Made by a program: the position numbers and the translations under genes | IMG/VR virus record: IMGVR_UViG_3300027819_000028 | Coordinates: 1-39,433 of that record | Strand: one strand, 5' to 3' | DNA length: 39,433 nucleotides | Origin: a virus | Lineage: Duplodnaviria > Caudoviricetes | The notes under the pieces: model-generated | Told to the model about the DNA's origin: nothing | The model's input: only the letters and a program-made list of their open reading frames with translations | Databases searched by the model: none | Shown here: in pieces, positions 25,880 through 33,565 of the stretch | Layout: the number at the start of each line of letters is the position of its first letter | Numbering within the stretch: position 1 is the first letter of the stretch

Positions 25880-26683
25880 CTACCCCTTCTTTCCCCGATA
25901 CCGTGGCGCATTGTTGACGACGATTGTGCATTTGGCCGAGTCCTCTATCCGCCGCTTGATTCGCCCGATCTGCTCAGGCCACTTTTCCAGTGACAGATTA
26001 GTTGTGACGAACGTCCTCTTGTCCCGCTCATAGCGGTGCTCGAATAGTTCGCTCAGCGTCTCGACTACCCACGGTGACCATTCCTCAGTCCCAAAATCGT
26101 CCAGTACCAAAACCTCTGGCTCTTCCAGTCGCCGGTATTCCTCGGCGCTCGTGCCGTTGCTGAAGCCCTCCTTGATTCGCCTCAGCATGTTCGGCACGTA
26201 GCGATAGAGGGCGTAATGGCCCTGCTCGACGCTGCCCCGGACGACACAGCCAGCCAAGTAACTCTTACCAGTCTCGAAGCCGCCTACGATTGCCAGCCAC
26301 GGAGTTGTCATTGAGCCAGAAAGAAAACCTACTACTGCGTCTCTGACAATCCGATTGCCTCTATGCCTCACATCGAAGGCTTTGAGTGAGGCGTCCCGCA
26401 GCGGCTCGGGCAGCTCCGAGATTCGCCACAGCACTTCGCTATGCCTCTGGCGATCCTCTTCAGCCTGACATTGGCAGCGTACGAGACCGTCGGTGCCTTG
26501 TAGCCAGTGCTGGTCACGGCAGATCGGGCAATCAGGTGGGGCTGTCAACACCGATACCGTGCTCTCGCCGGTATTTCTCCTGTTCGGCGGCATACTCGAT
26601 ATCTTTGGCATAATACTCGGTAGTATCTCCGTCAAAGGGAGGAAGATCCCGTGTCGCGCTAGGACCGGATCGTACTCGTCCAT
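25880..26683 (-). CDS. DnaC/IstB-like AAA+ helicase loader
   Basis: CPIC..C.C zinc motif, Walker A GGFETGKS, Walker B LVLDDFG, VTTNL; start uncertain (26683 has RBS GAAAGGA). Confidence 0.88.
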   Translation of the reverse strand: MDEYDPVLARHGIFLPLTEILPSIMPKISSMPPNRRNTGESTVSVLTAPPDCPICRDQHWLQGTDGLVRCQCQAEEDRQRHSEVLWRISELPEPLRDASLKAFDVRHRGNRIVRDAVVGFLSGSMTTPWLAIVGGFETGKSYLAGCVVRGSVEQGHYALYRYVPNMLRRIKEGFSNGTSAEEYRRLEEPEVLVLDDFGTEEWSPWVVETLSELFEHRYERDKRTFVTTNLSLEKWPEQIGRIKRRIEDSAKCTIVVNNAPRYRGKKG

Positions 26684-27617
26684 TGCCCTGTCCTTTCTGG
26701 TGGGGAAGTTTGCCACCAGCCTTGAGGTAGTCGCCTATCTTTGGCTCTACCCACGATAATTCTATCCAGTGCCCTTCTGCCTCACACATCGCTTTCCAGC
26801 AACCAACGATTTGATCGGGGTAGTAGTGAGACAGAAGCAGCTTAGTATCCTTTATCTGCTTGCCAAAGCGCGGGATCGGCATGGCGAAGATGATCTCGAT
26901 CTCTTTCAGGACACGTTGAGGACTCTCCTTGCCGTACATCTGGATCACGTCCTCAAGCGTTTGCACTTTCTTTGGTGGCTTCGCTTTTGTTTCAATCACT
27001 TCAACTTCAGGTGCGCTTTGCGATAGCGAAGCGATCTCCTGGTTGTTAGTCTCTGTAGTAGTCTCTGTAGTAGTCTCTGGTATTGGTGCACCCAAATTGT
27101 CCACATGGAAGTGGTCATTTTGGCCACATGCATCAGGACAAATTGGCCACATGCATTTGTCATTTTGGCCACTTCCATTTGTCATTTTGACCGCATCGTA
27201 GTAGGCGTCCAAGTGGGCATAGTCGATGGTGTACCAGAACGTGCGGTCCATGTTGGCCTTGTTAAAATTGCCGGTGACGATCAACCCTTTTTCTTCCAAC
27301 AGTTTCGCGGTTCGTTGCATGGTCTTAATACTCATCCACGGCAACTGCTTGCACCATTCTCGGTAGCTGTTGTAGACCCACCAGTGACCGTCTATAAAGC
27401 GGTCTGGTTTCGCGTCGTTTGCTATGTCCAATAACCAATAGTGGATTTGTTGGAGCAATACTGCTCCGTTGATACCGAGGGCTTTCGCTAGTGAAGGCAC
27501 TACAGGAATGGTGTACTCATTGACTAGCGCCTTACTACCAGGAAGCGCCGCGTATTTGCGAGCCTCCCTGAGCACTCTGGTATTGGGTCGCGTTGTGTAG
27601 GTTGCCGGTGTTTCCAT
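26532..27617 (-). CDS. Phage replication initiator protein
   Basis: Winged-helix N-terminus (AVLLQQIHYW..WVYNSY.EW..T.WYTIDY), internal iterons and PIPETTTETTTE linker; upstream of the loader and helicase. Confidence 0.85.
   Translation of the reverse strand: METPATYTTRPNTRVLREARKYAALPGSKALVNEYTIPVVPSLAKALGINGAVLLQQIHYWLLDIANDAKPDRFIDGHWWVYNSYREWCKQLPWMSIKTMQRTAKLLEEKGLIVTGNFNKANMDRTFWYTIDYAHLDAYYDAVKMTNGSGQNDKCMWPICPDACGQNDHFHVDNLGAPIPETTTETTTETNNQEIASLSQSAPEVEVIETKAKPPKKVQTLEDVIQMYGKESPQRVLKEIEIIFAMPIPRFGKQIKDTKLLLSHYYPDQIVGCWKAMCEAEGHWIELSWVEPKIGDYLKAGGKLPHQKGQGNGRVRSGPSATRDLPPFDGDTTEYYAKDIEYAAEQEKYRREHGIGVDSPT
27093..27196. repeat. Iterons of the putative replication origin inside the initiator gene
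   Basis: Five related copies: CAAATTGTCCACATG, GTCATTTTGGCCACATG, CAAATTGGCCACATG, GTCATTTTGGCCACTTC, GTCATTTTGACCGCAT. Confidence 0.75.
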
Positions 27618-27699
27618 GTTTCGCCATCCTCATCCTAGATTTTCCTCCTCTAGGTTGCCGTGGTCGCCCTGTCCTGTCTACCATACCTTATACATCCTC

Positions 27700-27728
27700 A
27701 TTTTACCTTATTTATCACTTCCTGTCAA
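27700..27728 (-). promoter_or_regulatory. Sigma70-type promoter for the replication operon
   Basis: - strand TTGACA (27728-27723), 17 bp, TAAAAT (27705-27700). Confidence 0.7.
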
Positions 27729-27746
27729 GGCAAACAGGGCAATTTA

Positions 27747-27776
27747 GTGACACCGGAAGCCAAGTTGTGATACAAT
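27747..27776 (+). promoter_or_regulatory. Divergent promoter for a leaderless HTH gene
   Basis: GTGACA (27747-27752), 18 bp, TGa-TACAAT (27771-27776); ATG at 27783 with no RBS. Confidence 0.6.
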
Positions 27777-27782
27777 AAAAGC

Positions 27783-28019
27783 ATGATAGAAATCGCTGGT
27801 GTCCCGTATCTCACTACCTCGGAAGTAGCTGACTGTCTCAGTGTCAGCGTCAAAACCGTCCGCAACTGGGCCTATGCTGGTCGCCTACATGCTGTCCACC
27901 GCGCCGGCATCAAGGAAAGCCTGTTCCCCAAGTCGGAAGTGGACGCTTTACTGACGACACTCACGCCAGGGAAGAAGCTGCCCATCCTTCACCCTGAAGG
28001 TGAAGGACCCAAGCCGTAG
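27783..28019 (+). CDS. Excisionase-like/MerR-type HTH DNA-binding protein
   Basis: YLTTSEVADCLSVSVKTVRNWAYAGRL..F..SEVDALL pattern. Confidence 0.8.
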   Translation: MIEIAGVPYLTTSEVADCLSVSVKTVRNWAYAGRLHAVHRAGIKESLFPKSEVDALLTTLTPGKKLPILHPEGEGPKP

Positions 28020-28031
28020 TGCGGTCATAGC

Positions 28032-28310
28032 CTATCCTCCGTGTGGGCCTGTCGTCTCGCCTTGACTTGCGGTGCTAACTCGTGGCAGTACCCCGTGTAG
28101 TCCCTTCATCGCCCGTTTCAGACATATCAGGCATATCCCTCGCTCTCCGATGTTGTTTCGCCAAATCGAGTAACTTGTTCCGTCATCCCGGTTCCATCCT
28201 CGCCTGCACATCGGCAAGCCGGGGTCAGCCAAAGTGCCCTCGTACAGGTGCGCCAGCTTCGGGTGTGGAACGTCGCGACCAAGACCGCTGATATAGCCAT
28301 CAGGTATCAT
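28032..28310 (-). CDS. Hypothetical protein
   Basis: 92 aa, RBS AAGGAG, Cys motifs. Confidence 0.55.
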   Translation of the reverse strand: MIPDGYISGLGRDVPHPKLAHLYEGTLADPGLPMCRRGWNRDDGTSYSIWRNNIGERGICLICLKRAMKGLHGVLPRVSTASQGETTGPHGG

Positions 28311-28761
28311 CTGGTCTCCTTTCTGCGAGTTTGTGCCATTTCTCTCGCTTGTCCTCCGTTAGATCAGCCCAAGCTGAAGGATGCACGCCGTTGCAGTCGC
28401 TGTCCATCTCGCGGGCCAAGCGGTTCAGCTTGCGGACCCATTCATCGGTGGTCATCCTTTATTCCTTTGGATTAATATCATACCAAGCGTACCAATCGCG
28501 TGCATCGCAACCTGGTACTAGGTTCCCTGTGTGGCGAAAATGCAGCACAATATACTGAGTCCAACTGCTCTGTCGGTCCTTGGCCTGCTTTATTGCCATT
28601 CGTCCTATTCCCGGGTCAACCTTTTCAGGATGTGCTTTCAATTGGTTTTGTTTCCTCAATTCTCACCTTGCGCGTCTTTGGTTTTGGTCGTTGGGCAGCG
28701 AGACACTCCGGACACTGCCAGCCGCTCCTTGGAGCTGCCCAGCCCTGCGACCACATCGTTT

Positions 28762-29247
28762 CTATCCTACCGCCTCTGCAAAGGCAATCGCCATGCGCTT
28801 GGCGTCCTCAAGAGTCCTCGCCACGAAGCCCACTGGAAGGCTCACATCTGCCTCTGGGTGCTCGACAAGGTATTTGTCTGTCCATCCCGAACAGGCACAC
28901 AAGTGATCCTCGCTGTCAACCACATCGCCAATGGCAAATCCATGCAGCGCTCGGTGGGACCACCCATACCATTTCTGGTCACGTTCGCTGAAGCCTATTG
29001 AGCAAGTAAGGCCACGGCCACTGTTTGCCTCTGTGCAATCCGTGTGTACTGGCTCTGGCTTAATACCGTACTTCGCGACTAGACGATGTGCATCCCTCGG
29101 ACTGCCAATGTAATGCCCTTCAGGTGTGTACGCTGACTTAATCACGAAGTTTTGGCCTCCATAGCGTTCACCATCGATCAGTTTTGTCCTAACCTCATAA
29201 CCAACCTTGTATTTTCTCACCCTTTGAACCTCTAATACATCGTCCAA
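28762..29247 (-). CDS. Conserved phage hypothetical protein
   Basis: CSIGFS...KWYGWSHRA..GF.IGD motif; TTG start after AAGGAGG. Confidence 0.6.
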   Translation of the reverse strand: MDDVLEVQRVRKYKVGYEVRTKLIDGERYGGQNFVIKSAYTPEGHYIGSPRDAHRLVAKYGIKPEPVHTDCTEANSGRGLTCSIGFSERDQKWYGWSHRALHGFAIGDVVDSEDHLCACSGWTDKYLVEHPEADVSLPVGFVARTLEDAKRMAIAFAEAVG

Positions 29248-29301
29248 CCCTTATACCTCCTTATTTCTACCAACCTGTTCCCTCCTGCCAGCCACACCCT
29301 T

Positions 29302-29673
29302 CTACTGGCCCGATTCCCAAACTGTCATTGGGAATGCGCCCCTGCCTGGCTTTGCTGGGTACACGAGCAGGCCATAGCCATATTGCCCACGGTAAGGCAT
29401 CCATCGGGCGACTACATGCCTCACAGCGTTCTCTGGTATCGCCACCGACTCAATCACCCATTCTTCCATAAGGCCCTGAATGAACTTCGCCCTGTCCACG
29501 TGGTCCCTACAGTAGTAGCCTAGCAACTCCCCGTTGTCGCAATCTCGTAAGTCCCTGATGTCAAGGTCGAACATCCTCTTTCCTTTCTGCCAACCCCAAG
29601 CCCACCCTTGGTTGGCTCCACCCACTAGCCCATATTTCTGGTAAGACGTTTTTGCCTTACCCACAGCAATCAC
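29302..29673 (-). CDS. Hypothetical protein
   Basis: ORF coupled to the radical SAM gene; the start may be internal (MFDLD). Confidence 0.5.
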   Translation of the reverse strand: MIAVGKAKTSYQKYGLVGGANQGWAWGWQKGKRMFDLDIRDLRDCDNGELLGYYCRDHVDRAKFIQGLMEEWVIESVAIPENAVRHVVARWMPYRGQYGYGLLVYPAKPGRGAFPMTVWESGQ

Positions 29674-30515
29674 CCCCTTTCAAGCCCGGAAGGATGGCTG
29701 GCAAACATCGCCGCAGGGCGGGACCATTGCCTAGCAAGCGCTCGCCAGCCACATGCATAATCTATCCAGCGCTCTGGAGGTTGATAGAGCATGGCAAACG
29801 GCATTGCACCCATCTCCCACACCCGTTCTAGCCGCGCTCTCGCATGCTCTATCGTTTCTCCATTGTAGGCACACAGCACGTAGCACCTGAGCTTCCGACG
29901 TGGCAGGAAAGACAATCGACCGAGAGCCTTCGCCAAGGGCTTGAGCGCCCCTTCAGTGTCTGCCGCCAGAAATAGGCTATCAATCCTCAGTCCGCGCAAT
30001 TCCTCGGCTATCTCATCCGTCACCAGTGACGCCTGCAAACCACCGCTGAATATCGCTGCTCGTTTCTGCCGTCTGAGCATCTCAAATACCTTCCAGCGGT
30101 GACTCGATGGGCAACTGAGCAAATTATTGTCTCCGATGATGTACCCCTCGGCTATCGGGTCAAAGAGGCGCAGGCGCCCTTCTCGTTCAGGAACAAGGCA
30201 CCAGTTACAGGCGTTTGGACAGCCCCGGCTGGAAAAGGTCACACCGGGCTTGATGTACATCCCTGGCGTGAAGCCTTCCCCCTTATTCCCCATCGCCGGG
30301 CCGCCTAGCCTCACCTTGGGGTAATATTGTTCCCACGCGTCTTGTAGGTGCTCGGCATATCTCACATCCCAACTGAACACCACGGAAATGTGAACCTCGT
30401 CTGCTTCCGGCCTCATCAGCGGCGGCTCCCCCACGAAGGCCATGTCGTCAACGGGCGTGTATGAAGTTTTTCTACAGAACACGCGTATTACGCGCTTCCC
30501 TTTAAGGTCAAACAT
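29670..30515 (-). CDS. Radical SAM domain protein
   Basis: SRGCPNACNWC (CxxxCxxC) Fe-S motif, DNNLL, GGL and YVL..Y motifs. Confidence 0.85.
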   Translation of the reverse strand: MFDLKGKRVIRVFCRKTSYTPVDDMAFVGEPPLMRPEADEVHISVVFSWDVRYAEHLQDAWEQYYPKVRLGGPAMGNKGEGFTPGMYIKPGVTFSSRGCPNACNWCLVPEREGRLRLFDPIAEGYIIGDNNLLSCPSSHRWKVFEMLRRQKRAAIFSGGLQASLVTDEIAEELRGLRIDSLFLAADTEGALKPLAKALGRLSFLPRRKLRCYVLCAYNGETIEHARARLERVWEMGAMPFAMLYQPPERWIDYACGWRALARQWSRPAAMFASHPSGLERG

Positions 30516-30597
30516 GGCGCCACCTTTGAAGGACTGAGCTGCTCGTCACTCATATATCACCCCCTTTCTCTTGTGTACCATTCCGGTGAAAAACCAC

Positions 30598-30861
30598 TCA
30601 TACGCGCTTGCTCCCTCGGTAACATCTAACCTCATGTTTACGGTACTTGAGTCGAATTACATCTACAATTGCTTGAGCTTGCTCATTATCGCATTCCAGC
30701 CTGATTGCAACGCCGTCAAACCTTCCTTTCTCTACGGAGATCACTTCCCGACTTGGGGCGACGGGCGCAATCAGAAACTGGGCAAGAATAATATCTTTCG
30801 TAAGGTCCGCTACGTTGACGCTGTATCGGGTCATTCTCCCCGCTCCTTCGTGAAGGACCAC
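30598..30861 (-). CDS. Hypothetical protein
   Basis: ORF in the early-gene run; the likely start is MTRYSV. Confidence 0.45.
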   Translation of the reverse strand: MVLHEGAGRMTRYSVNVADLTKDIILAQFLIAPVAPSREVISVEKGRFDGVAIRLECDNEQAQAIVDVIRLKYRKHEVRCYRGSKRV

Positions 30862-30973
30862 TCCGGCCTATCGACCACAACCACTATTGGCCGGATATAG
30901 CTCGCCTGCCATGTGTGGCCGTCTGCTTGGTATGACTGCACGGCGAAGAGCAGCAGCAAGCCGCCGAGGATGC

Positions 30974-31372
30974 TCATCCGCCTGCCTCGAAGTCGGCCCA
31001 AGCATAGCGTGGTGAGAGGCCGCTACGTCCTATGTTCCTCTCTATCCTAGCCCGCAAATTATGGATGTCGCCCTGAGTTATTCCCTCTAAATGCTGACGA
31101 GCTTCAGCAATTGCATCTTGCAAATCATGATGTGCGGGTAGGGCGAAGTGGCCCGTATGACGACGCCCTGTAACACCACAACAGACATGCCATCCTCCAT
31201 AGGCACGATAGGCAAAAGTGTCTAATTCGCCAAACCCATCTATTAGCACAGGGATTCCGTCTGCCTCTTCAAACCACCCGTGTTCTGGATTGGGGTCAAG
31301 CAATTGAACCTTGCAAGCCCAGAACCTATCAGGCTTATCTAAGTAGTAGTCGCGTCTCGTCTGTGTAGTCAT
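30974..31372 (-). CDS. Hypothetical protein, tandem paralog A
   Basis: Start MTTQTRRDYYLDKPDRF at 31372; ends SPRYAWADFEAGG. Confidence 0.65.
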   Translation of the reverse strand: MTTQTRRDYYLDKPDRFWACKVQLLDPNPEHGWFEEADGIPVLIDGFGELDTFAYRAYGGWHVCCGVTGRRHTGHFALPAHHDLQDAIAEARQHLEGITQGDIHNLRARIERNIGRSGLSPRYAWADFEAGG

Positions 31373-31811
31373 TCGTCCTTCACCCTTCCAAGAAGGGTGA
31401 AGGATTCGCCTGCCTCGAAGTCGGCCCAAGCATAACGGGGTGAGGGTCCGTACTGGTTTATCCAGTGGTCTCGCCAACGTAGAAATTCGCTACGGCCGCC
31501 GTTATTCAAGCATTCCATCGCTACTACAATTGCTTCCTCAGTCGTAGCAAAACCAAGAGCTCCCTTGGGGTGTCGAAACACAGTACCAGTCACACCATCA
31601 TTTACAGACCACCCCTCCTCCATGTCTCGATGTAGATAGCAATCGAGTTCTCCCCAACCCTCGATTAAAATGGGTTGCCCTTGCACTTCCTCGAACTTGC
31701 CCCAAAACAGTCGGTAGAACCTATCTGGCTTATCCAGCCAGTAGTCGCGTCTCGTCTGTGTGGTCATTCGTCCTTCACCCTTCCAAGAAGGGTGAAGGAT
31801 TCGCCTGCCTC
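31321..31811. repeat. 96-bp direct repeat (31321-31416 and 31716-31811) spanning gene junctions
   Basis: Near-identical copies 395 bp apart, each containing the 29-bp palindrome TCCTTCACCCTTC-CAA-GAAGGGTGAAGGA. Confidence 0.9.
31369..31767 (-). CDS. Hypothetical protein, tandem paralog B
   Basis: MTTQTRRDYWLDKPDRF...SPRYAWADFEAGESFTLLGRVKDE. Confidence 0.65.
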   Translation of the reverse strand: MTTQTRRDYWLDKPDRFYRLFWGKFEEVQGQPILIEGWGELDCYLHRDMEEGWSVNDGVTGTVFRHPKGALGFATTEEAIVVAMECLNNGGRSEFLRWRDHWINQYGPSPRYAWADFEAGESFTLLGRVKDE

Positions 31812-32228
31812 TATGCTCTCGGCAACCTGCTCAGAAGCTAGGGCGATGGCTCGGGAAAGTGCATCAGCGGACGCTTGCCAGACACCTCTCACTGGCGAAC
31901 TCACCATCACGCAGTCCTCAATTTCGCAGAATGCCCTTGCATCGTGCGCGCTAGTCACCCGGTGCATCGTAATATCAAAGCCCAACTCCGTTAAACGCTC
32001 CACCACCATCATCGCCTGCTGTAGATCGCTTGCGGGGTACCAGCCGCGCACCTCTTTAGTAGCCTCTCCATTCGCCTTACACCACCATTCTTCGGTCGAA
32101 TGAATAACGTCTCGGTACCCATCCTCATCCATCATCGTCCGGTCTTCTCGATCTAACTGCCTCTTGTGCCAAGCCATGATCTTCGTTGCAATCAGTTCCC
32201 CTCTCTCCCTGTCGTTACGTTCAATCAT
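31764..32228 (-). CDS. Hypothetical phage protein
   Basis: LIA.KIM.W...W.P..D...AM.VVE.L..AI..A pattern, reminiscent of the phage ABA-sandwich family. Confidence 0.55.
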   Translation of the reverse strand: MIERNDRERGELIATKIMAWHKRQLDREDRTMMDEDGYRDVIHSTEEWWCKANGEATKEVRGWYPASDLQQAMMVVERLTELGFDITMHRVTSAHDARAFCEIEDCVMVSSPVRGVWQASADALSRAIALASEQVAESIEAGESFTLLGRVKDE

Positions 32229-32268
32229 TCGCTTGCCTCCTTGCCTTGGGTAGTGTCGATTAGGACGG

Positions 32269-32705
32269 TCACAGCAGCACCTCTTGACTCAACCTCTCCG
32301 CTTGTCGCTGCCAACGCCGTTTAGCCAAAAATACCTCTTTGCTACATAACCTATAGCCCTGAGACTCGAACAGTTTGACGACCCTCTCATACGAACTTGC
32401 ATCGACAGACATAGTGATTGAGCCTGTGTCACTAACAACGTAGACCTTTTCTCGCTTCAAAACGCTACCTCACAAAAACAATCGACCTATCATGCGGCCT
32501 CGGCTCATCGCCCTTGCGCAGCCGGACCACCACATCGCCACAACGGTCGAGTTCGGCCTCGCTGTAGACGATAATCTCGCCAGTGAACTGGCCATCGACG
32601 AAGCGCTGGTGGACAATTAGGTCTAGTCGTTCGGCGGGGGATAGGCGCATGTCCACGGCCCTGAGCTGGTATCCTTCCCAAATTGTAGTTGCTACTGCTG
32701 GCATG
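32269..32705 (-). other. Two small hypothetical genes (32269-32460, 32465-~32704)
   Basis: Coupled ORFs; the second starts MPAVAT after AAGGAG. Confidence 0.45.
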
Positions 32706-32717
32706 GTAGGCTCCTTT

Positions 32718-33428
32718 CTAGAGTGTGCAGATACACGGTATAGCGGGCCTTTCGCCCTCAAGGTCTAGCCAACCCGCTCTTGCCACCTTGTCAAGCGGTC
32801 GCCCTTTGCCGCAAAAGTAATACGGTTTTTTCCCCTTCGCTCGCTGCTTCTGGGCTACTAGTTGCTCCAGTTCCCGTGCCTTCAGAAACAAATCAGGGTG
32901 CTGCTGATAGAGGTCTCGCCACTCTTGAACTCTTTGGCCTGGGCAGAAGAAACAGCGACTGCGAACTGGTAAGAGTAGCCCGTGGGCGAGGATGATTCGT
33001 TCGCACTCTGCCCGGTCTATTCCCTCCTCGACTAGCGGAAACTCGTGCCGCATATCGCCTGTGCCATAGCCGATCTTGTTTATCCGGCTGGCTTCCTCCA
33101 TAGCAATGCCCATGTAGACTACCGAAGGGCCTTGCATGTAAGCGCGTAGGGGCTTGACTTTGTACTCTGCCGTACACCACCGCTGCTTTATCGCTGGATA
33201 CGCCTGATGTGCCATGCAATAGTCATACAGATTCAGACCATATCGTTTCGTCTCCAGCACGGTTATGGGGTAGCCCGTCTCCTGTAGCATCTCAACGTAC
33301 TCCCGCGTCTCCGGCCAGTCGCATTGCAGATCGGCATAGACAGCCTCGAACTCAATGCCTTGGTCGATGAGCCAGAGCAGTAACGCCACAGAATTCACGC
33401 CTCCACCGAAGGATAAGAATTGTTTCAC
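32718..33428 (-). CDS. PAPS reductase-like (PP-loop) protein
   Basis: SFGGGVNS PP-loop, RWCT..K..P, GI..EE..R, FPL and CFFCP motifs; the likely GTG start is 33428. Confidence 0.85.
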   Translation of the reverse strand: MKQFLSFGGGVNSVALLLWLIDQGIEFEAVYADLQCDWPETREYVEMLQETGYPITVLETKRYGLNLYDYCMAHQAYPAIKQRWCTAEYKVKPLRAYMQGPSVVYMGIAMEEASRINKIGYGTGDMRHEFPLVEEGIDRAECERIILAHGLLLPVRSRCFFCPGQRVQEWRDLYQQHPDLFLKARELEQLVAQKQRAKGKKPYYFCGKGRPLDKVARAGWLDLEGERPAIPCICTL

Positions 33429-33565
33429 TAATCCATCTCCCTGTTTGGTGCAAGTGTCAGGAGTCGAACCTGATGGGCCGCTTCCCATCCTTCATCCTTC
33501 TTGGAAGGATTCACGGCACGTTGGCGCAACCACGCACCCGCAGCGAGTACAGGGAGGATACTCGC

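Noticed and set aside
27047-27079. 12-bp tandem repeat TAGTCTCTGTAG
   Set aside because: Encodes the ETTT linker common in this initiator family; not novel.
27655-27692. A few pentamer-like units (gccct gtcct, accat acctt) in the replication leader
   Set aside because: Too short and out of phase to call a second array.
30974-31811. Diversity-generating retroelement TR/VR pair
   Set aside because: There is no reverse transcriptase in the window, the mismatches are not adenine-specific, and the repeats span gene junctions.
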